Shown: in pieces, positions 34,001 to 47,231 of the stretch
Layout of the letters: each line of letters opens with the position of its first letter
Numbering within the stretch: the stretch's first letter is position 1
NCBI GenBank assembly: GCA_051313645.2
Contig: JBNRSN020000002.1
Location: forward strand, 135,222,001 to 135,286,000
Length of the DNA: 64,000 nt
Reading direction: 5' to 3'
From: Centroscyllium fabricii
Taxonomy: Eukaryota
Notes under the pieces: generated by a model
The model's database searches: none
The model's input: the letters and a program-made list of their open reading frames with translations, nothing else
What the model was told of the DNA's origin: nothing
Program-made: the position numbers and the translations under genes

Positions 34001-36695
34001 CAGTAACAGGGACATGTCTTACTCCCACTCGGCTATTTTTACCAGAAATACACTTTTTAGAATCACTCGCCGAGCCATTATGTCTAATTGTGTATTTAAG
34101 GCAGAACTCATTGTTGAATATATATCAAGTTCTCTCACAGGGGCTCTTGTGCTGCAGTGCGATGTGCTTACTTCAACAAATTGCAGGCTAGTTGTACTCC
34201 ACCCCCCATACTGATCGGCGACTTCAACTGCAATTTAACAGCCAGTCTCTAATCTGTCTATTCAAAAACCGCTGGAAATTTGGTTTATATTTCTATTTAC
34301 AAATCTAACACTTGCGTTGACACCAAGAAATGTTGGATTATTACGGGAACGTGTATCTTGCCCCGAAGCGCTATTGGAAATAACTGCAAAAAAAATTGCA
34401 TTTTCATCCAGATTAAATTGCAGATATTAAGGTGTGTGTTTTTTTTTAGCGTTTTGTTATTTAAACAGGATCGTGGGGACATGTGTTGCCATCTCTTCGT
34501 ATCATACATGAAAGTACTGTTGCTTGATGACGGTATACACTTGGTATATGCATAATAATACAACGCTTTAGAGTTGGAGTATTAACAGTTAAAACTCTTC
34601 TGTATTGCGCAAAAAGCCGATCTGACCCTCTGATGTCATGTGGTGAGAGCCTATTGATCATTTGGTTGTGCTATACACGCGCGTGATTTGCTATAGCTTC
34701 CAGCGGTTGGGGAAGGGAGATTGCCCGTTTCCCCCTCCCCCTCCCCTCCCAAATAATGACTCAAATACGAATATTCGTTTTCTGTTCAGTGAAACGGGCG
34801 GGCGATGTTAGAGAGGGGGGGGGGGGTATTATATAGCTGAAACGAGAGAGAAATCTGCTCCCAAAAATATCCAAATGCTCTCTCGGCTGGTCTGGATGGC
34901 CCTTGTTCCTCACGAGATTCCCGACACATTGGAGCCGAGACCTTCACACTTCAATTCCACTCTCGCACCTTCAACTCCGATCCCAGCTAAATATACAGCC
35001 TGATATTCAGACAGATCAAAATTAGTGCAATTTCCATGCCCAGCGGGCGAGCTAGCACGCACTGCCACTCATACAAACCGGCGCGGAGGTTGATCAGCAC
35101 CAATGATAACAAAAACAACCTTTGCTGTCCAAAAGCATGGTTGTTGGGGGTGAAGCAACTCCATTGCCCAAACTCCGTCATTTTCAACGTGCGTAGGCTT
35201 TAAATAGGAAGGAATATGTTCTCCTCTGTCTGAGACGTCCTGAAAGGACTTGAAGAGCAAGAAGATTCGATTTAATTACTCTCCTCCCCAAACTGCACAG
35301 CAGCAAACCGAATGTGCAGCGTGAAAGTGAACGTGATCCGAGGAAAGTGCAGTGCGCAACTCATTTTTATTTGTTTTAATGCAACAATGTCACTAACCAC
35401 AAAGAGGAAAGTAGCTAGCCAAATTTATAAGACAGAAATATTCAATGTGACTTTCTACCGCGCTCTCTAACACAAATATCTTTTTTTTTAAATGCGAACC
35501 GCATAGATATGTTTGCGAACGATTTCTACAGCTGCAGGTGGTTCGGAAATGGTCTGTTACTGCCTCGTCCCTAAAATTATAAACAAATAAGCGAACAGAA
35601 TTGGTTGAATATTGAGAGAAATGGACGTCCCCGCGTCCATGTCAGACATGCTACTACACAGACACCAGAGTCTGGCTAACCCGACAGGATTCCTTTCCAA
35701 TTTCTATGTCAAGTTGAGCTTAATTAGATGCATTTACAGAAAAAAAAAACGAACCACCTCTGTGTAGACTTAAAAGGGGCCACACATAAGCAGCTTACAG
35801 CAATAAAATGTAAAGAATGTTTGAAATAAAATAAATTCGAACGGGACACTTACAGCAAGAGATGACGTAATGTTACTGCGAAATAATTGCAAGATCATAT
35901 TTATAGCTACGGTGTCAAAGACTGGGGTTATCTGCACCCTGGCGACCCTCGGCTGCGGTGCACGACAGCACTGCATTTAAGTCTTAGACAGTTGTTAGTG
36001 CAATCGTTGGCTAGTAGATGGGCTTATCGCCTGCAACCGTCTCGACACGCTTGTTGGGATTCAATCAAGAGAATTCGTATGAGTGTATTTTTCCTTCGTG
36101 CAAGCAAACATGAGTCTTGCATCCCAGAGCTTGCGCCGTTGCTTGTCTTTGATACCCTGCGAGTTACTATGGTTTGGATAAGGACAGTGTTTTGCGTGCG
36201 TTCACCAGAGGAAATTTCCACGCCATATCGTGAAACTTGTGCTATCATTAAACGTTTGTCTGACCAAGCTCCAATTCGGTTCCACAGCACATGCGAGTCA
36301 ACTCTACATCACTCTTACTGATATATTAAGATGATCGTGTGGCCTGCAAAGAGAAGTGTTTATTTTACAACGTGTGCCTCGTAGTCAGGAACGAAGCCGT
36401 ACATTTGAAGCGTGCCCACATGATAAGGTGGATGCTTCATGTCCCCATGCAAATCTTTGGCGTGCGCACACACTCGGCTATAATTTGTGCAGATTACCCA
36501 CCTTGTTGGCAAAGCAATTTACTTGCATATTGAAACATAGACTATTTATCAAACAAATATGAGGGCACGCTGAAGCATGGATCAATTATATCAGTTGAAT
36601 AGTTAGATTTCCAGGGTATTTCAAGGGCTCGATCTCGCCATGTCTCTTTTATCAATAGGTTGCGGTGGGTTTAAAGCTAATAAATTGTCATAGAG

Positions 36696-36824
36696 TTTTG
36701 ATAAAGGGTCCCGACCCGAAACGTTGACTCTTGTTTCTCTCTCCACGGATGTTGCCTAAACTGCTGAGTTTTTCCAGCATTTTCTGATGTTGTTTCGGAT
36801 TTCCAGCATCTGCAGCATTTTGCT
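36696..36824 (+). mobile_element. Short Penelope pLTR-type insertion with degenerate hammerhead
   Basis: gagtt-TTGATAA-agggtc cc gaccc-GAA-ACGT-T-gactc. Flanked by 12-bp duplication ATTGTCATAGAG (36684-36695, 36825-36836). Confidence 0.7.
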
Positions 36825-38740
36825 ATTGTCATAGAGAGGGGTTTGATTGACCTTCTCGACCCTCACCTCCTCCCATAAAGACACACACACACACACAGCG
36901 GTGTTATATGAGTCACAGATTTGCTTGTGCTGCTGGAATACCTGTGACATTTTGTGGAAATGTTTAAATGAATTACAACATGAAGTTTATTATCTAAAAC
37001 ACACATCTAAAGATCTGTCAACCAGTATTAAAACAGACATGACAAAAGTCCAAAAGCTGCAATCAGCAGTGAAACGTATTGCCAACATAAAACAGTTCCC
37101 CTCTGTTCATGTGAACTGTTCCAATGGATGATATAATGAGCTCTACAGATTATGTGAGCAGAGTGGTTGAAAGTTGGCCATGACACAATCGTGAAATCAG
37201 CCTATGGAGACCGGGAGGAACAACAGAAATGTACTCACGATTTCAAACCATCCGCTTGAACAATAAATTGGTTACCAGTCAAAATTTAAAGCATTTATCG
37301 TTAATTATTTAGACTATGGATTTAGTTCTCGAGTTTGTATTAATTTACCGAATGAAATTAAATTGGCATACAGTATATTAAAATATGGAATTAATCAAAC
37401 TATGGAACTAGTGGCGATAAACTGCTAGATGTGCTTTGCAGGTGATAGCAGCGGTTTGAGGCTGTCAATAGAATATATACAATCAGAAAATTTAATATAG
37501 GCAAACCCCTGGGTGAGTGGAAATGCTACCCTTGTCCAAATGATGGATGTTGCAAAAGGATATCCCCTTTTAAAGTTAGAACTAAAAGGACGAGCGCTCA
37601 AAGGGAGCTCCAATGGAGCATTCCTCGGGTCAGAGTACTCTCGGAAACCCAAAGTCTTTGGTCTTTAGCTTGTCAATTTGTAAATTTAAGAAGGATTGAC
37701 TGTACTCCGGTACTGGTTTATAACGTCATGATCGAAGGCCATTGGTGCTTTGGTAAACTGGCGTGAGGCACATAACACTGTTGTTGTTTGGTCTGGCGTA
37801 ATATCCATTCCAAACTAATGTTTTGCAGTCACAATATCAGTCCCTGTGATGCTATCGCCAGATATGGTTATACTTTAAATGGTCTAATCTCAGTTTAAAG
37901 CTCCAGACTGTGTTTTTGTGACTCCTCGAAGAAATTTAAATGTTAAGAAAACTAAATTCCAGAATTCTCATTAGTTGGTATTTTCTAACCACTGCATTCC
38001 ATGTTTAAAACAAGTTAATTTACTTGCTGGAACATAATTACTGACGACTCCCGCTTCTGATTCTGACTGAGTAGCAATTACAGGCTGGCTGGTTGATTTT
38101 GAATGGGAACCTGATCTGAAATTGACAAGTAGATCATTGGGAAGGGGACACTGTGGCTGTAAAGCGCACGCTTTTCGGACAATTTGCTGCAATGTGACAG
38201 CGGACAAACTGTTCAATGCTTTGTTTTCCTCTTTGCTGAGCTGTAGTCTGTCACTATAGGCTTCCGCTACACCACGTGTTTATTTGTCGGTTTAGGACTA
38301 TTATCAGCAATTATTCTTTGTAATTACGTATTAGGTTTACGCACAGCTGAAACATCGAAAACCCCACCGGTTTCGCCCGCTCGTGCTGCCCACGTGTGCT
38401 GCTCCTGACTCGCGAGCTCATATCTAAAAAGCCTTGGGTAATTAAGTTTGTTCTAATGTGCATTGTTGATATTGTATAAAAGGCAATCCGAGGTAAAGCT
38501 CGTTAGAAGTGTTTATATTTCCAGGGCAGAAGATGCACAGATGGACAGTTTCATAGTCCAGCGCTTCCGCGTCCAGCTCAGCATTTCTGTTGTGTGTCGC
38601 TTGGTCTCTTTTTACTGGCAGCCACGCATCTTAGCGGCGAGGAGTTTTTAAACGGAGCTGCTCTGTTTGCTGACAGGATTTAGCGGAGTCTTCTCGTTAC
38701 TCGCTCATGGACTGTTTGCGAGGCAGTCTATTTCGCACAT

Positions 38741-38762
38741 CACACACACACACACACACACA
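38741..38762. repeat. (CA)n microsatellite
   Basis: Directly visible. Confidence 0.9.
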
Positions 38763-40559
38763 GTGTGCACGGCGGAGCAGCGTTAGTAGGAGCGGCATGC
38801 GGCCTCCCAAGCCAAGTGTTAAAGGTGCAGGAGAGATGTCAGTGATTCTGGTCTGTTAGATAAAGAGGACTGCTCGGCGCTTGCATTAGGCGACGTGAAT
38901 TTGCTCTAAAGAGAAAACGGGCGATTTCAGGGACAACCCGTTCACATATTAGAAAGGTCTCAGTATTATTCAAAATGTGCAAAGGATTGCTGTCGTCGAT
39001 TAGGTTTAAAGGGATTCCATTCGTTTCAGCAATACTTTCGCCCTCCTTGTATGTAGTTGGCGCGGTCAAATGCGCAGATCCCTGGGCTCATCAGATCCCA
39101 CCGAGAAGCGCATTTTTAAAACTTGTGTGTTGAAATGTAAAAATTAGCAAGTTATGTTGTGAGCACGCCGGGCCGTTTTGCTCCAGAACACTATTCCAGC
39201 CTTTGCATGAATTCTGAATTGCTAAATCGCGGATATCAGTAAAATTACTTATTCATATATTCAGACTCAATGGTACCCTTGGTATCCTTTCAATCAAACG
39301 TGCTCTTATCGAGGTGCTTTGTGCGTATCCCAGGAGTGAGTTTAAAAGCTAGAATTCCTACACCCTCATATTTTGGAAGCAGCATCGTTCTTGCAAAGTA
39401 CTCTCCCATTATGTTTTATTGCTTTTCATTAAACCGTATTTTCGCCTTTAAAGGATACTATAGAAAAAGTATGGAGTAGCGATAATCTGCGGTTTGATGC
39501 CAGCTTTCTTACCTTAATGTTACTGCAATTTCCTTACACGTGGCACTTAATACAGGCTGGCAAACCTCGGATGTGCAAACTCGAAGATTTGATCAGTTCT
39601 TCTACTGCACATCGCATTCCTGTCCTGAAGCTCTTCACAACCCTCTCTAGAAAAGAACTAAGACAATGGATTATCTACACGGAGTGTTTCACTGTAAACT
39701 TGTCCCGTGGAAACCCTGGGTATAACAAGATGCATATGTCGCCCTCGCATTTATTTATTCAAGAAAGATATAAGTCGTAAAACAGTCAATCGAAAGCAGT
39801 TGTAGTCGCAGTTTATTGTTTCGGGTTGTGCCGTGTCTGCATAAGAAGCAGTATCGCATTTAGCAGAGCGGGCCTGTCCCTTCGCCTCACACTGACCTTG
39901 CCCTGCACTTCACTGAACACCTAAGCGCAACGCTTTAAAAAGATGAAAACATGCACCTAATTGTATGCTTACTGTAACTAATTCGTAATCCTACATACAA
40001 CCCTGCAAACACGATTTTGTAAAACATATGTTTGCAAAACAAAATTTCCATATCGCATGGGCTGGAAAACCCGCATTCTGGAATTGATTTTCATCAGGCA
40101 AATGAGTTCGGATTCCAATTACCTCTGACTGGGAAAAGTTTAACTCTGCGATTTTAACCAATCTAAAATAACACCAATAATGTTGACTCTTTGGAGGTGC
40201 AATGAAAGCTAACAGCCAAATCTCCAACCCCCCCACAAACACACACACACACACACTCCCCCAACGCCAGTTCACAGATACAGGTGCTGCGCTGTGAATG
40301 GAGCGGGGCACTGGAGGAGACGATTGCAAATAGCACGGGGACGCTCAAGGAATGGAAGGAGCAAGGCTGAAATATTGGATCAGGGAGCAGAGGCCAAGTA
40401 AATGGAGAGAGAAAGGGAAAAAAGGGAAGCAAAAAAAAATAAACCAGGTCGAGAAGGCTGAAGGGCCCAAAGGTTAGGCGATGGTAAGCTGCAGCAGCCC
40501 CGGAGCCGGGCGCGGACACACACACACTCACTCACTCACTCGCAGCCTCTCAGCCAAGA

Positions 40560-40997
40560 CAATGCAAACAGCTGGTGCTGCCCGGGTCGAGCCCTGGACC
40601 AATCAGCGCCTGGGGAAGAGGGAGGCCGGCGGAAGGGGGGGGGGGGGGAGCCGGCGTGCGTCTGACGTCAGGCGCGCTCAACGTCAGACCAATGGCGAGG
40701 GGCTGGAGAAAGCGCAGGCAGAGTGTGTGCGAGATATCAGGAGCAGTGAGCATGAGCGGCAGGACTGCGCGCACCGCCTTCCTGCACAACCCCATCCCCA
40801 GTGTCTGGCAGCAACAAGCCGCTCCGACCGCACTCCTCTTAACCGGCCCTACTCTGTGGATATAACCAAGGACTCCCTGCCTCCCCCCCTCCCCCTCAAC
40901 CCACACCTCCCCCCCTCTCCAACCACCTAAAAAAAAGCAAAATCCAAGGGGGAACCCCCCCCCCCCCAAAAAAAAAACTTTTACACTATAACAAGAA
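40560..40997 (+). promoter_or_regulatory. ISL1 proximal promoter and 5'UTR (CpG-rich)
   Basis: GC/CpG-rich region with two CCAAT boxes (~40599, ~40689), a full CRE TGACGTCA at 40663-40670, a half-CRE at 40682 and a G-tract, directly upstream of the ATG. The TSS cannot be fixed from sequence. Confidence 0.75.
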
Positions 40998-41025
40998 ATG
41001 GGAGACATGGGAGATCCACCCAAAA
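40998..41025 (+). CDS. ISL1: ISL1 coding exon 1 (MGDMGDPPK/K)
   Basis: ATG GGA GAC ATG GGA GAT CCA CCC AAA A followed by donor gtaagt. This 28-nt coding exon gives the diagnostic Islet-1 N-terminus. Confidence 0.96.
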
Positions 41026-41925
41026 GTAAGTTTTCTTCATTGCTGTTGCATTTCGAGGATCGGATTCAGGTGCTTGGAGTTGATCAGTTTCGCAGGTCAA
41101 CTCCTGTAGCTGTAACTTTACTGTTACCTCTGACTTTTTATTGCTCTTGAACATTAATTATGCCGCCTAGCATTTGGGTTTATTTTATTTTGTATGTTGT
41201 GCAGCAGTAGTCTCAAGGTTCAGGTAAATGATGAAAAGTCTTGCATTTGAATCTGCATTGTTAAATGTATTCCCCACCACTGGCGATACGTGTGAACAAA
41301 ATTGCTTTGTCGCAGGGCAGAGTTGAAGTAAAACAGTGCGAAACAATTTTTTGGAACATTTGGACTACTTCTTTCAGAGCCTTGTCAGATGTTTCACAGA
41401 TACACACATCTGACTATTCAGGATCTCTGTGCTAAGACAAGCAACATTTGATCCTGCAGAATCATTGGACATTTTCTGCTTGTAAAATCCAGATTGTAGT
41501 TGCATGAACTCAGCGTGGAATGTGTTCTAAACTTTTATATATTTAGCACGCAGTTAAAAAAAAAAGTTTTGCATGCTTCTGGAGATTCTTCATCATTATT
41601 TAAAAATGAATTCAGAAACCTACCTCTGCACGCGTTTTGCTGAAAACAGCTTGAACATACTAAGACAAAAATGGAAGTTTATTTCCTGCGGATTTAGTGT
41701 ATTTGTTAAGCAACTGGCTCAGTACTAAAATACATTTATCTGCATTCCAGTTATTTTAATCTTTTATTTTGGATACCACCGTATTACAAAACAGTCTGAA
41801 ATATCTCTTTAGATCTATCCAGTAAATGTAACAACTATATAAAAAAAACTAGTCGAATATATGTCTGATGGAAGGAGCCAAGCCTTTGATCGGTTTCACG
41901 ACACCATGTTCATATCAATTTACAG

Positions 41926-42115
41926 AAAAACGCCTTATTTCGCTGTGTGTTGGTTGTGGGAATCAGATTCATGATCAGTATATTCTTCGAGTTTCTCCGG
42001 ACCTGGAATGGCATGCCGCTTGTCTAAAATGTGCAGAGTGTAATCAGTATTTGGACGAAACGTGTACCTGCTTCGTTAGGGATGGCAAAACATACTGCAA
42101 GAGAGACTATATTCG
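41926..42115 (+). CDS. ISL1: ISL1 exon 2 (LIM domain 1)
   Basis: Acceptor tttacag, donor gtgagt. Encodes [63 protein letters not shown]. 190 nt, phases match exons 1 and 3. Confidence 0.97.
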
Positions 42116-43360
42116 GTGAGTGAAGATCTTGGATTTTTTAAATAATGATAATATTTCAGTTCTATTAAGCTATATTGTCCTTGTGCTGTCCCTGAATGAC
42201 ACCCCCCGCCGCCCCCCCAGTATTAACCCTTCGATGGCTTTTCCCCTATTTTTTGCGTTATCTTATCTCAACTGGCGAGTAGACGAGATCAAATTGCCCA
42301 TTATTTAGCATCGAACAATTGACATATTTAGATAATGCAGCTGCTTTCTTTAGTAGGTACACAAATCTGTGCACTGAGAATATGTGCATCTTGCCGCTCC
42401 CCGATCTGCCATCCACAAATCAGAGCTTTAAACACGTTTATCACTGGAACTGTTGTTTTAACTGTTTACGAGTGACAACAATTCGTTCAAAACCATCGCT
42501 GTCATCAGTTTAGTCTGTGTATTTCGAAATGTTGGTAATTGTGGATTGGAAATGAGGCATGTGAACTGAAAGTGCAAATCAGTTCCTGTGAGCTCTATCT
42601 CATGGCCAGTTAATGTGGCACAAGGTGATCTTTGACAACATTGCCATTTTCCACCAGTACCAACACTTTATATTGTGCGCGAGCTGTGGTGTGGATTTGC
42701 ACGACTTTCACCATTCATTTAAAAACACTTCATATTTTCGACTAAACTGAGGACATCAAGTCTAAAAATGAAGACGGTTGCTGTACACTGAAAAACAAAC
42801 TAAAATCAGTCGCCACCGATTGGAACACTGACTCTTAAAACAGCAACTTTTACTAATAAATGCTCCAAAATGACAATTTTTGTCAGAATATTATTTTTTT
42901 TAATCGAACTTTACGATATCAAATAGTATGCAAGGATTAAAAATCATACTAGAATGTATAGAATATACCCAATCTGAAAATATCTAAATAAACCACGATA
43001 GACGGTATGCCAACTGCCTTCATGTTGGTGGATTATGAAATGCATGGTTCAATTTTTTTTTTTTAAAGCTTTAACATTATGTAGAATGGTATCACGGTTT
43101 AGTGGACAGGTTCAGGATTAAAATGAACAGAAAATATATTTCACGTTAGGATTAATATGAAGTATAATTTGGTCCATTGTTTGATTTGGATTTTGTGTGT
43201 TATGATTTTTTAAAACTGCAAAATCAAATCAAAGCAAAAGTAATAGTGTGTTGGCTTTTTTTGTCTAGAATCGCCTTAACTCTTTGTATTAAAGTATATA
43301 ACGTGTTGGGGACACGTTTGACCCTTTAGTAAAATGTCTTTGGTGCTTTTTGACTTGCAG

Positions 43361-43617
43361 ATTGTACGGAACAAAATGTGCAAAGTGTAATATAGGATTC
43401 AGTAAGAATGACTTTGTGATGAGAGCGCGCAGCAAGGTGTATCACATCGACTGCTTCCGCTGTGTGGCGTGCAGTCGCCAGCTCATCCCCGGCGATGAGT
43501 TCGCGTTGCGGGAAGACGGACTGTTCTGCCGGGCTGATCACGATGTTGTAGAGCGAGCTTCTGTCGGCCCAGACCCCCTCAGCCCCATGCACGTCAACAG
43601 ACCCCTACAGATGGCGG
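43361..43617 (+). CDS. ISL1: ISL1 exon 3 (LIM domain 2)
   Basis: Acceptor ttgcag, donor gtatgt. Encodes [65 protein letters not shown]...PLQMA. 257 nt. Confidence 0.97.
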
Positions 43618-45821
43618 GTATGTACGCTTTCAAAACTCGGCTTCTTGAGTCTATTCATACGTCATGTAATGAAAACAACTATTTTATACTGTCTCCTACT
43701 TCCATTGAACGTTTTGAACTTTTTAAACGTGTAAACGATGTACAATCGTAAATAATTTCGTGTTGTAAAGTTCAAATTTTGAATTTCTGATTGTTTTACT
43801 GAAATGCTTCACTGCAAACCGGAATGTGGATTGAATTTTGATAATGGGCTCTGTACAGGCAAACACTCAGCAAGTGCACGTTGTCCTTGTGCCATATATT
43901 TTGTACCCTATTATGTTTTTTATGTTTGCTAGTATTCAGGATACATTACACATAAGCAATGTAGGAAATATGAATTTGAACATGATAAATGTCTGAACCA
44001 GTTTTTAAAACTTTTTTTGCGGGATGAACTCTTGTGTTTAAAGTTGGACTGTTTTAATTGTTAGTAGTTCGAGTTAAAAGCGTTGAAGAAACCTGGTTTC
44101 ACATACATGTTCCCATCGCTAATCAAATGAGTTAATCAGATACCATCTTCATATACACAACTTTTATTAAAAAATTCCCTGAATCTGAAGTAGACAATTC
44201 AACATTAGTACAGTTTAAATATTATGGCAGAAGCATTTTCTAGTGACACCATATTATATTTGTACACAATGCTTATGCTTTATAAGTACAGCTTCCTATG
44301 AATGTTTATGTAAATGAAGACATTACCATTAACCATAGAATTTGAGATATGTTTTAAGGTTTCCCGAGAATTACCTCTATAAACCAAATATGTTTAAACA
44401 GCCTTCATAAATTGATGTATCAGTTTATGACGCTCAGAGATGATCTGATGTAGTCTTTTATAGTCAGCCAGGGTTTTATACTGTCCTTTCTTTTAAATCT
44501 CCTCCCCCGCCAAAAATAATCGGAATACATTTTGCCCTTATACACTGTATTCCGAAAGGGCATCGATTTGAAATCTACATAATTATGTGTTTGAAGACTT
44601 TTCAAATAGCATCTGTCGAATTGGATATTTCATTCCAGAGTAAATATTAGATCTTATTGTTACACAGCGACAGTGCTGGATTTCTTTTTGTTCTTTACAG
44701 CCAGATGTATTTCGGAGCTGCCCAGAATTGCAAATGTATATTCTAATCACCCCACTGATAATGCTGAATTGCATTTTTCACAACACGATCTGGTGACTTT
44801 TAAGAAACTTTAATAACTCATTTAAAGGGATACCGCCCCATATGTACTACCTTGTCCGTTTTTAATACCTTGTCCGTTTTATTACATTTTATCAAATGCA
44901 TTACAGTATGTTTCTTTGCATAAACGGAACATTATATTGATCTCTGATCATAAACTGATGACAATTAAATACTGTACTGCTACATAGGAAATGTTATTCA
45001 AATACGTTTCCATTTAGACCTCTTTCGCAGAAAACTGTATTTCAGGGAAACATCATTGTAGCAGGACCTTTGAAAATCTAATTTTACCCGCTGCACGGTC
45101 CACACAACCTTTCAAAAACACATCAAACGCTGCAATTCTCTGATCACACCCATGCAACTTTGCGGAAGCCCCGTTTATCACATCACATATCTGACTGCGT
45201 GGAGAGTGGAGCCGGGCTCTACATAGTGCAAAACAAAGTTGCTGCAATGCAAACTTGCACACAACAGCGGCGACTTTAGCAGAAGCGACCAGTCACCCAC
45301 CGCTCGGCTTCCTTACAGAGTCGCTTATATCAGCGATGTGCTTCAATCTGAACTGCATTTGTATGGATTTGACTGTAATTAGTATTCTGATAACTAAAAA
45401 ATGCGGTTCCTATTGAAGCCGAGCCTGAAACCCAGTCCAATAAACAATTGTTTCTGATTCATTTAAATTTAATTGGCACCTACAGATAGTGTAGTGCAAT
45501 ACAAATACACTACATATACTATACAAGTGATACTTGATTTATTCATTTTGGCTTTTCGACCTCGTGCAGTTAAATCAGTTTGGAAGTCATGCCAGACAGT
45601 TCCGAGATTACTTTTAACTCGATGCTATTGTTACCTCAGACCTTATGTGAAATATACTTGTTTTCTAAAGCCAGTAATTACTGCATATTAGTTCACGCAG
45701 CCCCATTAATACAGCTCCAAGATAGTTTTAAGGTTTAATGTTATTGTCCGAACAAACATTAGGCCACCTATTGCCCATCATGCTGTTCAACACACTTAGG
45801 ATATGCTGCCTGTTTTTACAG

Positions 45822-46108
45822 CAGAACCCATTTCTGCCCGACAACCAGCTTTGAGGCCGCACGTTCACAAACAGCCCGAGAAGACGACTCGAGTGCGGAC
45901 AGTTCTGAACGAGAAGCAGCTCCACACGTTACGGACTTGTTATGGGGCCAACCCCCGGCCCGACGCGCTCATGAAGGAGCAGCTGGTGGAAATGACAGGC
46001 TTGAGCCCCCGTGTCATTAGAGTCTGGTTTCAAAACAAGCGCTGTAAGGACAAAAAAAGGAGCATCCTCATGAAACAACTGCAACAACAACAACCCAACG
46101 ACAAAACA
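45822..46108 (+). CDS. ISL1: ISL1 exon 4 (homeodomain)
   Basis: Acceptor tttttacag, donor gtaagt. Encodes [41 protein letters not shown]...[16 protein letters not shown]...NDKT. 287 nt. Confidence 0.97.
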
Positions 46109-47063
46109 GTAAGTGCTTTTGTCTTCCTAAACTTTCATGGAAACTTTGACACGAAAAGTGTCTATTTCCGTTGACAGCATTGCAAGCTGTCCCATCATGT
46201 TCAAAACCTGAACTTTTTCCATAAGGAATGATACAATTCTAGTAATAAAAATACTGCGGTATTAATTTCCCATTTCAAATCCACCGATATCTAAGTTAAA
46301 TAATACCCTTCTAATTCACGTTTTACAGTACCTTAGTTAATTCTTGGTGCATCCGAATTACTGTGTAATACTGTATGCAGAACTTGAACGTACCGTTTTT
46401 TAATTCATGGACACAGATGAAAATATGCTTTCTCTTTTTTCTCTGCTTAGCTTGGAAATGTTGGGTGGGACAATTAAAACGCAATTCTTAGAAGTTATCT
46501 TTTAACCATCGCCATTAGATTTAGGGCAACCCCTTTACCCTTTGTATCGTAAACCAAATAGTGGGTTACCTTCACCAGATCAAAGGTGTTTTTGAAGTGA
46601 ATGAATATCACATTTCCAACACTGGAAATGGCCTTTATTTAAATATATTACAAACTTTTGGTGACACTTAGCTCTTGGCGTGTGCAGCGATGACACTGGT
46701 GACAATCGCTGTTCAACATCATTAGCATTTTATGCATGAATGATCAAATTTGAAGATCATGAGAAGATCCAGTGTTGAATATCTACTACTGCAATTCACT
46801 ATTTTACTGTTACACATGTGAAATTGTTTGGAAAACATACCACCATATGCATTGGGAGATTTTAGATTGTGTGCTGCATTGTTGCTGGGAGACAGGAAGT
46901 GGCTTGCATGAAACTTTAAAGTGTTAACATTACAAGGTGCCCAGTACAGAAGGCTGTGTTGGGGTGCATGCTTTATTAACAAAAGAAAGAAAGAAAGATG
47001 GATGGATGTGCACTGTGTTAATAAAATAAAATTATACGTACTGTTGGTGTTTTTCTTTTAAAG

Positions 47064-47231
47064 AATATCCAGGGGATGACAGGGACTCCAATGGTAGCTG
47101 CCAGTCCTGAGAGACATGACAGCAGTTTGCAAGCCAATCCAGTGGAGGTGCAAAGTTACCAACCGCCTTGGAAAGTTTTGAGTGACTTCGCTTTGCAGAG
47201 TGATATAGAACAGCCTGCATTTCAGCAACTG
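47064..47231 (+). CDS. ISL1: ISL1 exon 5 (Lhx3/4-binding domain region)
   Basis: Acceptor ttttaaag, donor gtgagt. Encodes [56 protein letters not shown]. 168 nt. Confidence 0.96.

Noticed and set aside
40481-41023. 149-157 aa ORFs on both strands at the ISL1 promoter
   Set aside because: Low-complexity products of GC-rich promoter sequence.
41868-41925. ATG-initiated extension upstream of exon 2
   Set aside because: It is intronic sequence before a good acceptor, and the true exon 1 is present at 40998.
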